Part shown: positions 44,801-54,650 of the stretch, piece by piece
How the letters are laid out: each line of letters opens with the position of its first letter
How positions within the stretch are numbered: the first letter of the stretch is position 1
NCBI GenBank assembly: GCA_964390805.1
Contig: CAYMKL010000014.1
Coordinates: forward strand, 706-64,705
Direction: 5' to 3'
Source: an uncultured Anaerolineae bacterium
GTDB lineage: Bacteria; Chloroflexota; Anaerolineae; VGOG01
DNA length: 64,000 nt
Notes under the pieces: model-generated
The model's input: only the letters and a program-made list of their open reading frames with translations
The model's database searches: none
Told to the model about the DNA's origin: nothing
Position numbers and translations under genes: made by a program

Positions 44801-47800
44801 CAGTCCACCGCCTGGGGGCGGACGGTCTTGCTAGCAGGAATGTATCGCCAGAAAGCGTCTGAATCATAGCCTGCTGTGGCGTAGAGCGCACCATTCAGCC
44901 AGGCAAAGCCGCCTTCGTCGAACCCACCAGGAGTCGCTGCCAGGCTCTCCCAGGCGTCGGTATGCAGGTCGTAGCGGTAGAGGGCCGATGTCGACCTACT
45001 GCCACGCAGAGCGTATATGAAGCGCGCTCCATCCCACGCCAGACCCCCGTCCCAGATGTTGTCCGGAGCGTCAGCCAGGCGCGTCCAGGTATCAGTGGCC
45101 GGACTGTAGCGATAGAAGGCAGCGGAGCCATATCCAGGGAAGGCATAAACGGCGTCAGTGGCCCAGGTCATGGCACCACCCCACGTCACTGCTTGAGGAA
45201 TGTCGGCCTTCTTCTCCCAATAGTTGCTGGCGATGTCGAAGCGGTAGAAGTCCTTTCTGTCCTGGCGGGTGGTCATGTCCACACCGACGATCAGGTAAAG
45301 AGACCCGACGCCATCGCCAGCCAGAGCGGCGCCCCCGTAGGGCGCGGTGGGGACATTGGCGCGCCACAGCCATTCGTCGTTCAACGGGTCGTAGCGATAG
45401 AAACTCTCATTGCCTCCCGGTGTTGCATACAGATAGCCATCGCCGCCAGCGGTTAGGCCGGCTCCCCAACCGGTAGCTCCTGGGAAGTCGGTCTTCTGCT
45501 GCCAGGTGTCGGACTGCGGGTCATAGACAAAAAGATTCTTGGGATACCGCAGCAAAGCCATCGCCCAGATACGGCCGTCCCACCCTGCAATGCGGCTGCC
45601 CTTGGTCAGATAGGATGGTGTTCTGGCCAACTCTTGCCAGCCCATCTCCACGGCCGAGATAGCTGCCGACCAAATCTCCGATCCAGGGTGATACGTCGCC
45701 GGCAGCGGGGCTCCGTTCACGTCGAAAGCCACGCTCTGTACCCCGGCCAATGTATCGGTCACACAAGCCGTCAGCACCAGCGAGGGGGCGGTGACTTCTG
45801 TCGCCGTCGGCTCCCAGGTGATCTGCGACGGCGTGCGGTCTACCAACAACAGATCGTCCCAGCGCCAGAAGTGACGAGAGTGATAGCGCGATTGGCCGTC
45901 CCAGTGCTGGCCGCGCAGTGCGAAGAGTCCGCCCTGTCCCCACGCCAGGGAACCACCCTCCCAGATAGTTTCTGGGGCATTGGGCATGGTCTCCCAGCGA
46001 CCTGTCGGGATGTGGTAGCGGTAGAAATGCCCGCTAGCATTGCCAGCAAAGGCATAGAGATAGTCGCCGCTATCACATTCCCCTGACCCAATGCAGGCCC
46101 AGGCCAGTGCGCCGCCCCAACCGACGATGCTGGGAAGGCCAACCAGCACGTCCCAGACATCCCGTGCCGGGTCGTAGCGCCAGAAGCCGGAGGTGTAACC
46201 GCCACGCAGGGCGTAGATGGTCACGCCATTGCTTGTCCGATGAACCGCCAGCGCGATACCTTCCCGGCCCGCAGGGGCCGGCGCGTCGGCCAGTCGCTCC
46301 CAACCTCTGGCTGGAGCATAGCGGTGGAAGGCTTTGCTCTGCTGTGAGTTCAGGGCGTAAAGCGTTCCCAACCCGTCGCTGGCGAGGGCAGCAGCCGTGC
46401 CGATAGCGCTCGGAGAAGAAGCAACGGATTGCCAGGTGTCGGTAGCGATGTTGTAGCGCCACAACTGATCACTGGCCAGCAGGTAGATGCCGCCGTCTTC
46501 GGCTGGGGCCAGACCTTCACCCAGCCGGACATCAGTTGGCGTCTCGGCAAGAGCCTGCCAGCCTCCTGCCGATGGGCCTTGCCAGGCGGCCCTCACCGGG
46601 AAGCTGAAGAAACCACGCCTGCCTTCCCCAATGGTAACGTAGACCCGGTCGCCTACCACAACCATACGCCCGCCGTCGCCCACTGCCTGGGGCACATCGG
46701 GCAACGTGCGCCAGCGCCCCGCTGTCCACGCCACCGGGTCGGAGGCCTCGTTGCCCACGTTGTCCGTGCCACGAGCGTAGGTGCGAAGCAGGCCCTCTGT
46801 TGGCTCAACGACGTTAGCTTGCCACGTGCCTCCGGACGCAGTGGCCTGTTGCCACGTGACTGGGAGCGTGGCAGTCAACGGCTGGGTCGGGTCGTGCACT
46901 TGCCCCAGGCCAACCTCGACCTGGGCGACCCCCGTATCGGCCACGGCGCAGGAGGAGCCGACTGAACCGAAGAAGAGCCCGGCCCGGCCGCCCACAGCAG
47001 GAATGAGCAGGTCGGGCGAGGCGTCGCAGTTGGCGTCGCCGGAGCAGGGTGAAAGGGCTGGCGAGCTTGACCCGTTGGTCCAGGTGGCGTCGGCGCCGGA
47101 GAGGGGGGGCCAGCCGCCAGTGCGACCGTGCAGCAACCAGGCCCTGCTGCCTTCGCCGGCTACCAGGAAGTCGTCCAGACTATCGCTATTCACGTCTCCT
47201 GCAGGTCCGACAGCGGAACCTGCTCGGTCACCGCTCCCGCCCGTCAGGGTAGCGTCGGCGTCGGAGGTGAAGAGGGTGTAAGGCCAGGGTTGTCGTCCCT
47301 TGAAGAGGAACACCCGGCCGGCGTCGTTGTTGTAACCCGGCTCGCCCACCAGGAAGTCGTCCAGGCCATCGCCGTCCACGTCGCCCACGCCGGCCACGGC
47401 CGCGCCGGTGCGCAGGGCAGGATCAGGCACCGAGTGCGCCACGGAGACATGGGTTGACGCTGCCAGTGTGCGATCCTGGCGGCCTTGGAAGAGGAACACG
47501 GTGCCCGAGTCCAAATCAGCGACAGCGAAGTCGTCCAGGCCATCACCATTGATGTCGCCCAGGCCAGCCAGCCGGACGTTCGCGATGCTCGGAGCGTAGA
47601 TACGCCAAAAGTCGGGCTTACGGTCGCCACGGGCGGCATAGAGGTAGCCATCAAGCCAGGCCAGGGCGCCCCCTTCATGAACGACTTCCGGCACAGTTGG
47701 CAATGCCTCCCAGGTGTTGGTTTGCAGGTCATAACGGTAGGAGTGCGACTTCGCCTGACCGCGCAGTGCGTAGATATACCGACCTCTATTCCACGCCAGG

Positions 47801-50800
47801 GACCCGCCGCTGCCGATGCTGCCTGGCGCATTCGCAAGGCGCGTCCAGGTGTTCTCCACCGGGTCGTAGCGGTAAAGGGCGTTGGAATCTTTGCCTGGGA
47901 AGGCGTAGAGAGCGCCAGCAGCCCAGGTCAGGGCGCCGCCCCTTTGAACCGGCTGGGGGATCTCATGGAGTGACGTCCAGCTATTGATAGCGATGTCGTA
48001 GCGACAGAAGCCTTGCTGCCCATTGCCGGCAAGCAGGTAGAGATGGCCGGCGCCATCAGCAGCCAGGGCAGCGCCTTCGCCGGGCACGATGAGAGTGTTC
48101 GCCCGTCTGTCCCAGGTGTCCGTGGATACGCTGTAACGGTAAAAACCCAACCAACCGCCCAAGGTAGCGTAGATATAGCCATCGCCGCCCGCAGCCAGAG
48201 TGCCACCCAAAGTCACATACTTACCCGGAGGCAGGTTAGTCGTCTCCTCCCAGGCATTGCGCTGGGGGTCATATACGAAGAACCCGACACTTTGGCTGCC
48301 CTCCGTGGCCCAGATGCGACCATCCCAGGCGGCGATGCGGCCGCCCCAACCCGTTCCTTCCGGCGCGCTGGCCTGCACCTGCCAACTGGGGGCCTGAGCT
48401 GGCATCGTCAAGGACGCGGGCTGCAGGCTCAATCCGGCATCCCCCAGGGCCAGGTAGGCTGTGCCGCTAGTCGCGACGAGCAGGTCATCCATCCCGTCGC
48501 CGTTGACGTCGCCTGCTAATGCGGCACGGGTGGCTTGGTCGGCGAACAACACCGCCTCGGCAGCATTGGGGGCGAGGCGGCCCGGCCAGCCGCGATCGTG
48601 GCCCAGGAAGACGCGCACGCCCTTCTCGCTGCCCACCACCAATTCGTCGTAGCCGTCGCCGTTGAGGTCACCTGCATCCAGGTCCATAATCTCGCCGGAG
48701 AAGGGGCCGGCGGTTACATCGGCCGCCGCCAGGTTCAACTCTGGCGGCCAGCCGCCTGGCCGCCCGAAGAGCACGTGCACCGTGCTTGCCTGGACGTTGG
48801 ATATGGCCAGGTCGTCCAGATCGTCGCCGTTGAAGTCGCCCCAGGTGTTCAGGGTCAGCGCTCCGTCGCCGGTCGCCGGCTTCAGCCACACCGTGGCGTC
48901 GCCGGAGGCGTTCAGGGCGCCTTGTAGCGGCTTGGGCTGGGGCAGTGCGCCGAAGGGAGCCAACTCGTCAGCCGTCAGTTGCAGGGCTATCGGGTTGGTG
49001 CCCGTGACAGCAATGCCAGGTGCCTCGATCAAAGTGACCTGGGGTGGCGTGTTGTCCACAGTGACGTGCACCGCCGTCTGGCCGGTCTCCACGTTGCCAG
49101 CGCCATCGCGCGCCGTAGCCGCCAGGTCGAAGCGGCCATTGGGCCGCCCAGTGGGCAAGCGCAGGGTCGTCTGCCAGGCCGTCGCGTCTCCGCCGGGGTT
49201 GTCCAGGACGGCGTCTTGTCTGGGGCGAACGGGGCTGACCCGCACCTGGGCCACGCCGCTCAAGTTGTCCTGGGACTGACCGGTGACAGCCAGCGTGCGG
49301 TAGCCGTTGGCGCCGATGGGCACGGTGGTCTGGCTGCCGTCCGCTGGGCTCTGGATCGCGCTTTGGGGCGGGGTCTGGTCCACGACCACATGCACCTCAG
49401 GGCCAGGGGTTTCGCGGTGGCCGGGGACGTCGGGGAAGACGTCGCTGGCCTGGGAGCGCAGGGTGTAGGGGCCGTCTGGCGGCAGTTCCCAAGTGTAGGC
49501 CCAGCTCTCCCGGCCGCTGGCCAGCCGCCATTGCTGGTCGTGGTTCACGTCTAGCTCGACCTTGCCCATCTGGCTGGTGGGGTCGCGAGCTTCGCCGGCT
49601 ACCACCACGTGGCCGCCGGTGAGGAAGTCGCCCTCGGCGGGATAGAGGATGGTGGATTCGGGGGCGTCGCCGTCCACTTTGTAGACGAAGCGGTCGGCCA
49701 TAGTGCGTGGGTCTCCCTCCCAGGTGTATTCGACGATGCCGGTGGTGGTGAGTACCGTGGTAGCTGTGGGGGAGATGACGTTGGCGGCAACTACGAAGGT
49801 AACCCACTCTCCTGGGTCCACCCCGCTGTAAATCGTCAGCCGCCGCCCCAGGGTGCCGTCAGGACACTGTGGGTTACGCTCGTAAATGCGATAGTGCACG
49901 TCGTGAACGCTGGTCAAATGCTGGAACAAGTCCAGGTAATCTATGGTAACGAGGTCTCCCATGCAGATGATCACGTCGGGGGCAATGGTCGCGGGACTGA
50001 AGTTGAGGGCGGAGACGGTCACGCTCATGGGCGAACCGGCGGCGAGCACGGTATCGGGTGTGGGCTGGGGACTGACGATGACGGTCAGGCCAGACACGAA
50101 GGCGCGTGGGTTGGTGTTCAGCGCATACTCCTGATTATCGGTGAGACCGTCGCTGTCGGGGTCGGCGTTGTTGGGCAACGGCCAGGCCTGGGCAGGATCG
50201 AAGTGGCCTCCGAAGTCCATCTCCCAGCCACCCTGGAGCTCCGGCGTGCCGCCGGACGGGTGCACCACCCGCACCAGGTCTTTTTCGTCGCTCAGGCCGT
50301 CGGCGTCGGTATCGGCCCAGTCGGGGCGGATGTTCCACTTGAGCTCCTCGGCATCGGTGAGGGTGTCGCCGTCGGCGTCGGCGCGAACCGGATCCACGCC
50401 CAGCTTGTAGCGCTGCTGAATCTCGTAGCTGTCCAGCAGGCCGTCGCCGTCGCTGTCTGCGCATCTCCAACTGGTCTTGCTCTTTCCCTGAACTTGGTCG
50501 CAGGCATAGTCGTCTTCTTGAGTGTCGGGCACGCCATCGGCGTCCTTATCGTAGTTGTGCAACGAGGGCCACTCCCACAGCCCGTCCAGGGTCTCAGGGA
50601 ACACATCCACGTACATGTCGGAGAGGTCTTCTTCCTTGCTTTCTGCTTGGCCTTCGGTCTGTTCTGTCTCACAGAAGATGCCCCAGTAGTTCAAGGGGGA
50701 GCGCCAGCAGTGGCGGAAGGCGAAGCTGTAGCCCATGTCCAATCCAAACTTGAGGGGCAGGTTGATGGTTGGATCGGGCAAGGTGTAGTGGCCTTCCAGT

Positions 50801-53800
50801 GGATTGGTGCAAACCCGCCGCTCCGGATCGCCGTCCTCCTGGCAGGTCTCGCTGCCCCGCCAAAGTCCCACGGTGACAGTGACCGGCGCAGCGACGTGGG
50901 CGTCAGCCCACACCTTGCTGCGGGCCACGTCATCCGCGCTGCCGTCTTCGGTGGCCACCACGTAGCCGCGGAAAGCGCCAGCAAGGATGAAACGATTGCC
51001 CTTGGTGAAGCCGGCCTGGGCGTCGGCCAGTTTGGCGTTGGCGTCGTCGAAGAAGACGCTGTCCTCGTCTGGCATGGTCGCCAGCAGCTTGACCTCCAGC
51101 ACCAGGTTGCCTAAGAACTCCGCCACCTTGCTCTCCAGGTCGTAGCCGAACCAACTGGCGATCCAGAAGATCAACTGGATGATGAAGACGATGATCAGCC
51201 CCACCACGGTGAGCCCCAACACGAAGAAGATAATGGCCAGGATGGTGGCTCCGATGGCCATCTGCAGCGCCAGCCACCACTGCATGTTGGTGATGCCAGG
51301 CTGGCTGGTGATCTCGTAGAACATGTACCAGATCAGGGCAATCTGGATGACCAGCACGATGATGCCGGCCCACATCTTGGCGTTCTTCAGTCCCCACTCC
51401 AGACGTGTCCAACTGCCCTGACTGGTACCGGCCCACTTGATGGCTCGGTAGACGCTTACGGTCTCCTTGGCCACGTTGGCCGCTTTGGTGACTTCGACCA
51501 GGAACTTGATCTCATCGGAGATGGCCTTGGTGGCAATGAGCACAGTCAGGATGAAGATAGCCGCCATCAGGACCATCTGAGTGACCCTCATGTTGCTCTT
51601 GGCCCACTTGAGGGTGTCCCACCAGCCCCAGCCAGCCCTCGTCTCGGCGGTGAGGTATTTGCCAAGCAGCTTGGGCAGCTTGTCCAGCGTGGCCGGCCCT
51701 GCGATTTTCAGGGCCTTGAAGACCATTCCGGTGGGGTCATCGGGATATTCGAGGTCGTGGCTGTCTATCTTCACCGCCGCCTGGATGCCCTGGGAGGCAA
51801 CCAGCCAGAAGAGCTTCGTGGCCTGGAATTGCGAGCTACTGATCTGCCCTTCGGGAATCTCGTCGGTCTCGACCACGAAAGGGCCAAAGCGCTGTTCCAC
51901 GCTCTGCAGCACTTCCTTGACGCTCATCAACTTCCAGCCACCGGCATCGTACTGGTATTGGCTGATCTGCAGGGCGCGGATGACCATGATGGGCGCGTCG
52001 CCCAGGTTGACTACCAGGCCGCTGTATTGCTGGCTGAAATCCTCCAGGCCCAGCTCCCCGCCCTGGTGTTCCGTGGCGTGGAGCAGGAAGGCGGTGTCTG
52101 CCTGGGCGAAGTGGGTGTCCAGCAGCTCGTTGGTCATGGTCATGGTGAGGCTCGCCACGGCTTCGTCGGCGTGCTCGAAGTCGTCACAGATGCTGACCAC
52201 AGGGGTTGGGATGAAGAAGGTCTGCGTGATGGGGTATGAGGTCGGATTGCGGAATCGCTCCACGACTTCGTCCAGGCGGTCGGGTCTGCGGTTTTCGCCT
52301 GTCTCCGACGCACGCCAGGGAGGAGTCTCCAGGAAGCTTTTCTCCAGGCCGAAGAACAGGGCGGCCAGGTCTCCCTCGTCATCGCGGTCGGGGGTGGCGA
52401 AGACCGCTGTCTCCATGCCGGCCTCTTTGCTGACGTGGGCACCGGTGACTGCGAACTGGTCGGTGTACACGTGCAGCGGGGTTTGGGCGGTCTCGATTCG
52501 ACAGTTGGTTTTGTCGTCCTCGTCGCAGACTTGGGTGTCCACCCTGGCCTGGATAACCCACACCAGTTCTACCTGTAGCTCGATGGCTCCACCTGGAGGT
52601 ACGTCAGCGCCGGAAAAGGCGGCGCGGCTGTGGAAAGCGGCCGGGTAGCCGCCAGCATCCACCAAAGTCAGCGGGACGTAGAGGGTATCCTTGCCTGTAT
52701 CAGGGTCGTGCTGCAAGGCGATGCCGTACTGGGTGGCCTGCATGGGGGCCACGTTGCTCTCCATGCGCAGCATGGGGATCAGGGTGAGGTCGTCGGTGCT
52801 CTGGTCCAGGTCGCGCATCTGGCCCCTGTCGTCGTCGGGCCAATCGAGGGTCTTGAGGGTGTAACGCAGGTGGTCGGCGTTGGTGGGGCGTAGCTCGAGA
52901 TCAACGTAGATGGGGCCCTGGTGACCGCTGGGGTTGACGGTCAGCGGCAGTGAGGTTGTGCCAAACTCCGTTTGGCCTGCGCCAGATAGAGCGCGGAAGG
53001 GGGAGACGTCCACCTCATCGGGTACGCCGTCGCCGTCGTTGTCGTCGTCCCACAGGTCGGGCACGCCGTCCAGGTCGGTATCGAAGCGTTGGTCGAGAGG
53101 ACGGGTGAGAGGGTTGGGACCACCCGCTTGGCCGATGGGGTAAGCCCACTCAAGGTTGTCCTTCAGGGAGTCGCGGTTGGTGTCGGGGTCCAGGGGGCTG
53201 GTGGCCCAGTGCTTCCCATTGTAGTCGAAGCCTTCCACTTCTAGTGTGTCGGTGATCAGGTCGAAGTCGCTGTCCACTGTGTCGGTGAAGGTGCCCAGGA
53301 CCATTTCGTAGGCATCGCTGAGACCGTCCCTGTCATAGTCCTGGCCGTCGTATTTGAGCGCTAGCTCCTCGTAGTAGGCGGTGATGCCCAACTGGTCGCG
53401 CCAGGTAGCGGCCTGGGCGTCCAGCCGCGCCGCTTCTGGCGAACCAGGCGGAGCCGCGCCAGGGGTTGCCGCCAGGTCCAGGCCCTTCAGCAGGTCTTGC
53501 AGGGATGACGGCTCCTGGGGGGATGGCTCATCAGGAAGTGGCTCATCGGTGGGTGGTGCCGCTTCGGCAATAGACGGGCCGTAGCGGGCTTTGAAGCGGG
53601 CCAGCTTCCAGCCCGGTATGAAGGGCTGGATCAGCATGGCGATGATAACAAGGATAGCAACGCTGGCATAGACGCCGGGGCGCTGGCGGTAGGTCAGCAA
53701 CATCGCTAGGCTGACCAAAGCCACCAGGAAAATCAATCTTTTCAGGAAACCGGGTTCGTAGTCAGGCACGGAACGAAGTGAAGTGCCGTTGGACGCCACT

Positions 53801-54630
53801 CCGCTGGCGCTACGTGGCTTAGTACGAGCGGCGGCTTCACGCAACCCGAAGTCGGAGAAGTCGGTCACGATGCGGGCCTCAGTGGCGTAGTCTTCGCTGG
53901 CGTCGGGCAGGGTCAGCTCCAGGATCTGCCGCCGGGGCAGGCCGTCGGGTCCGATCCACAGCTCGCCCTGGCCGCTCAGGGTCTTCAAGGATGCTGGCGG
54001 TTGCAGGCGGGCGCCCTGAGGAAGGTCGGCTGCTACCTGCTCTTCCAGGCGACGCCGCACGTGCTCGGCGAAAGCGGGTCCGTCCAGGATGAAAGCCAGG
54101 CGGTCGTAACGCACGCCACCTGCCTCCACGACCGTTAGCTCGCCCACCTCGCGGGCCGCCTCCAGGTAGGCCAGGTAGTCGCCAGTGGGTGCGGCAATGC
54201 CCGCCGGGTCATCCATGCGCTGGCGCTTGCCGTCCATGGTCACCCACGTCTCGGCGCCGATGCGTTCGACCTCGATGGGCGTTAGCTCGGCACCGGGGGG
54301 CGCCAGGACGGGCAGCAGGCGTAGGTAACTGTAATCGGGCAGGCGCACCTGTCCCTCGGCCCGCAGGGCCACGTGCTCGTCGCTGCGACCGACGTTGTAG
54401 ATGGTCGGTTTGGGGATTAGCGTCTGCTCGATGTCAGCAGTGAAGGCGTAGCTACCGGCCTTCTGAGCCTGTTTCCAGGCATCGTGCAACTGGGCAGCGG
54501 GGTCGGGGGGTGAGGTGGCAGTGGCCAGTCCGGCCATGGTGATGACGAGGAGTAGTGCACCAAGCAGCAGGGAGCCCAGCACGAGCCAGATGCGGCGGGA
54601 ACAGGACGTGAACGTATCCAATGCCTTCAT
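41863..54630 (-). CDS. giant (about 4255 aa) membrane-anchored surface protein B, paralog of A: TSP3-like repeats, internal multi-TM block, FG-GAP repeats, three Kelch-type beta-propellers, Ig-like modules
   Basis: Uninterrupted 12.8-kb ORF (GTG 54648; ATG 54630 with AAGGAG 7 nt upstream preferred); N-terminus MKALDTF...LLLGALLLVITMAGLATA hydrophobic anchor; AGSYAFTADIEQT / GELWIGPDGLPRRQI shared with A; DxDxDG repeats about 52980-53070 and 50080-50560; TM block about 51090-51610; FG-GAP (DFNGDDLDDLAIS, DLNGDGYDELVVG); Kelch blades (FYRYSVSTDTW, LYRYDPVENTW). Confidence 0.85.
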   Translation of the reverse strand: MKALDTFTSCSRRIWLVLGSLLLGALLLVITMAGLATATSPPDPAAQLHDAWKQAQKAGSYAFTADIEQTLIPKPTIYNVGRSDEHVALRAEGQVRLPDYSYLRLLPVLAPPGAELTPIEVERIGAETWVTMDGKRQRMDDPAGIAAPTGDYLAYLEAAREVGELTVVEAGGVRYDRLAFILDGPAFAEHVRRRLEEQVAADLPQGARLQPPASLKTLSGQGELWIGPDGLPRRQILELTLPDASEDYATEARIVTDFSDFGLREAAARTKPRSASGVASNGTSLRSVPDYEPGFLKRLIFLVALVSLAMLLTYRQRPGVYASVAILVIIAMLIQPFIPGWKLARFKARYGPSIAEAAPPTDEPLPDEPSPQEPSSLQDLLKGLDLAATPGAAPPGSPEAARLDAQAATWRDQLGITAYYEELALKYDGQDYDRDGLSDAYEMVLGTFTDTVDSDFDLITDTLEVEGFDYNGKHWATSPLDPDTNRDSLKDNLEWAYPIGQAGGPNPLTRPLDQRFDTDLDGVPDLWDDDNDGDGVPDEVDVSPFRALSGAGQTEFGTTSLPLTVNPSGHQGPIYVDLELRPTNADHLRYTLKTLDWPDDDRGQMRDLDQSTDDLTLIPMLRMESNVAPMQATQYGIALQHDPDTGKDTLYVPLTLVDAGGYPAAFHSRAAFSGADVPPGGAIELQVELVWVIQARVDTQVCDEDDKTNCRIETAQTPLHVYTDQFAVTGAHVSKEAGMETAVFATPDRDDEGDLAALFFGLEKSFLETPPWRASETGENRRPDRLDEVVERFRNPTSYPITQTFFIPTPVVSICDDFEHADEAVASLTMTMTNELLDTHFAQADTAFLLHATEHQGGELGLEDFSQQYSGLVVNLGDAPIMVIRALQISQYQYDAGGWKLMSVKEVLQSVEQRFGPFVVETDEIPEGQISSSQFQATKLFWLVASQGIQAAVKIDSHDLEYPDDPTGMVFKALKIAGPATLDKLPKLLGKYLTAETRAGWGWWDTLKWAKSNMRVTQMVLMAAIFILTVLIATKAISDEIKFLVEVTKAANVAKETVSVYRAIKWAGTSQGSWTRLEWGLKNAKMWAGIIVLVIQIALIWYMFYEITSQPGITNMQWWLALQMAIGATILAIIFFVLGLTVVGLIIVFIIQLIFWIASWFGYDLESKVAEFLGNLVLEVKLLATMPDEDSVFFDDANAKLADAQAGFTKGNRFILAGAFRGYVVATEDGSADDVARSKVWADAHVAAPVTVTVGLWRGSETCQEDGDPERRVCTNPLEGHYTLPDPTINLPLKFGLDMGYSFAFRHCWRSPLNYWGIFCETEQTEGQAESKEEDLSDMYVDVFPETLDGLWEWPSLHNYDKDADGVPDTQEDDYACDQVQGKSKTSWRCADSDGDGLLDSYEIQQRYKLGVDPVRADADGDTLTDAEELKWNIRPDWADTDADGLSDEKDLVRVVHPSGGTPELQGGWEMDFGGHFDPAQAWPLPNNADPDSDGLTDNQEYALNTNPRAFVSGLTVIVSPQPTPDTVLAAGSPMSVTVSALNFSPATIAPDVIICMGDLVTIDYLDLFQHLTSVHDVHYRIYERNPQCPDGTLGRRLTIYSGVDPGEWVTFVVAANVISPTATTVLTTTGIVEYTWEGDPRTMADRFVYKVDGDAPESTILYPAEGDFLTGGHVVVAGEARDPTSQMGKVELDVNHDQQWRLASGRESWAYTWELPPDGPYTLRSQASDVFPDVPGHRETPGPEVHVVVDQTPPQSAIQSPADGSQTTVPIGANGYRTLAVTGQSQDNLSGVAQVRVSPVRPRQDAVLDNPGGDATAWQTTLRLPTGRPNGRFDLAATARDGAGNVETGQTAVHVTVDNTPPQVTLIEAPGIAVTGTNPIALQLTADELAPFGALPQPKPLQGALNASGDATVWLKPATGDGALTLNTWGDFNGDDLDDLAISNVQASTVHVLFGRPGGWPPELNLAAADVTAGPFSGEIMDLDAGDLNGDGYDELVVGSEKGVRVFLGHDRGWPGRLAPNAAEAVLFADQATRAALAGDVNGDGMDDLLVATSGTAYLALGDAGLSLQPASLTMPAQAPSWQVQASAPEGTGWGGRIAAWDGRIWATEGSQSVGFFVYDPQRNAWEETTNLPPGKYVTLGGTLAAGGDGYIYATLGGWLGFYRYSVSTDTWDRRANTLIVPGEGAALAADGAGHLYLLAGNGQQGFCRYDIAINSWTSLHEIPQPVQRGGALTWAAGALYAFPGKDSNALYRYDPVENTWTRLANAPGSIGSGGSLAWNRGRYIYALRGQAKSHSYRYDLQTNTWEALPTVPEVVHEGGALAWLDGYLYAARGDRKPDFWRIYAPSIANVRLAGLGDINGDGLDDFAVADLDSGTVFLFQGRQDRTLAASTHVSVAHSVPDPALRTGAAVAGVGDVDGDGLDDFLVGEPGYNNDAGRVFLFKGRQPWPYTLFTSDADATLTGGSGDRAGSAVGPAGDVNSDSLDDFLVAGEGSRAWLLHGRTGGWPPLSGADATWTNGSSSPALSPCSGDANCDASPDLLIPAVGGRAGLFFGSVGSSCAVADTGVAQVEVGLGQVHDPTQPLTATLPVTWQQATASGGTWQANVVEPTEGLLRTYARGTDNVGNEASDPVAWTAGRWRTLPDVPQAVGDGGRMVVVGDRVYVTIGEGRRGFFSFPVRAAWQGPSAGGWQALAETPTDVRLGEGLAPAEDGGIYLLASDQLWRYNIATDTWQSVASSPSAIGTAAALASDGLGTLYALNSQQSKAFHRYAPARGWERLADAPAPAGREGIALAVHRTSNGVTIYALRGGYTSGFWRYDPARDVWDVLVGLPSIVGWGGALAWACIGSGECDSGDYLYAFAGNASGHFYRYHIPTGRWETMPNAPETIWEGGSLAWGQGGLFALRGQHWDGQSRYHSRHFWRWDDLLLVDRTPSQITWEPTATEVTAPSLVLTACVTDTLAGVQSVAFDVNGAPLPATYHPGSEIWSAAISAVEMGWQELARTPSYLTKGSRIAGWDGRIWAMALLRYPKNLFVYDPQSDTWQQKTDFPGATGWGAGLTAGGDGYLYATPGGNESFYRYDPLNDEWLWRANVPTAPYGGAALAGDGVGSLYLIVGVDMTTRQDRKDFYRFDIASNYWEKKADIPQAVTWGGAMTWATDAVYAFPGYGSAAFYRYSPATDTWTRLADAPDNIWDGGLAWDGARFIYALRGSRSTSALYRYDLHTDAWESLAATPGGFDEGGFAWLNGALYATAGYDSDAFWRYIPASKTVRPQAVDWLGNVDYGQERTIAVSVPDLGNIVENYADGDISTESLPPIEGTAVASQGIAQICVRTATTGSCIAPDGNPHRFHWAYARDFVVLSRWEDGAHNATASVRDTDGAEYVTDPVRIIVDATSPVASFTGPTGGSVITTTGRITVTGTATDATSGVTAVRFSPDNTASWREASQDGGTWSATWDVPRLDGQTWHLAVEATDRGGLTTQQRIALTVDNVLPGGLTPVTFNLEEGTHTGVGASLQATWNAATDGSGIAGTFVALDQITNTVPTAPAAGTSFSGSFDSPGDWYFHLRAADNASNWLIRHYGPWHVSDAGLGLSGGTSIVVVDGVVDIPHGEWLPEFHLLDEDVRTAGQTAQLYTQWDADDLFLGWQGGIWSLDGEAWFLFDTGAGGATDVAGHTLPFHAEYAFTVDEHDVASFLAWNGSTWVAVEDASVEYAHSSLGGTEVRIPLAALGQPVGLGFMAFAVPEDGGAAWAVFPATNPLAGPWTDAYTWPELGPQVMPSAGQPVADHTWLVVSSLQPPAVHLGQGSVITYEVRLGSSGLQAAEDARLTLEASPGLAYFSAEGDGACESCGPGSAIWAWQFGDLPSGEWRSLTVEAQVVDALTAGGAVTTTATLHTTWPDASPSDNLVTLSHAVDAEGLRVELTDPSGEDAVRPGWVTVLGTVPPGQGASAARVEVAVTVSEAPASADWQTAHGTLFWTGKVDVPEGVETVWVWARAWDVLGNVGPVAGTEMLVDAVGPQAAIEQPAVSPTLVGGRALEIAGRAFDSFPANGALNAVEIQLDGGPWGVVDQPVRQADGTYTWTWRWWLPAGEEGITYTLRVRAIDAAGNVGEPSVPVEVIVDAVAPTTTIAHPADGTWLEPDVTQVLVWGWSEDGVGVDRVEVSLDGGLTWRNAVLADGAEKLLAERSQSPTPQPETQNPKPETATLWAFAGTLPEDQVEYFIRARSGDRAGNAELTGPTVVVHMVVSRFWLPLVLKS
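42030..42066. repeat. heptamer tandem array (GTTTCGG family) in-frame near C-terminus of giant B
   Basis: gtttcgggtttcgggttctgggtttcgggttgagg encodes (minus) PQPETQNPKPET; reverse complement of KorB N-terminal array family. Confidence 0.6.
51090..51610 (-). other. internal polytopic transmembrane block of giant protein B
   Basis: MRVTQMVLMAAIFILTVLIATKAI...GLTVVGLIIVFIIQLIFWIASWFGY; flanked by DxDxDG repeats. Confidence 0.6.
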
Positions 54631-54650
54631 GGTAAACTCCTTTCGCACTC

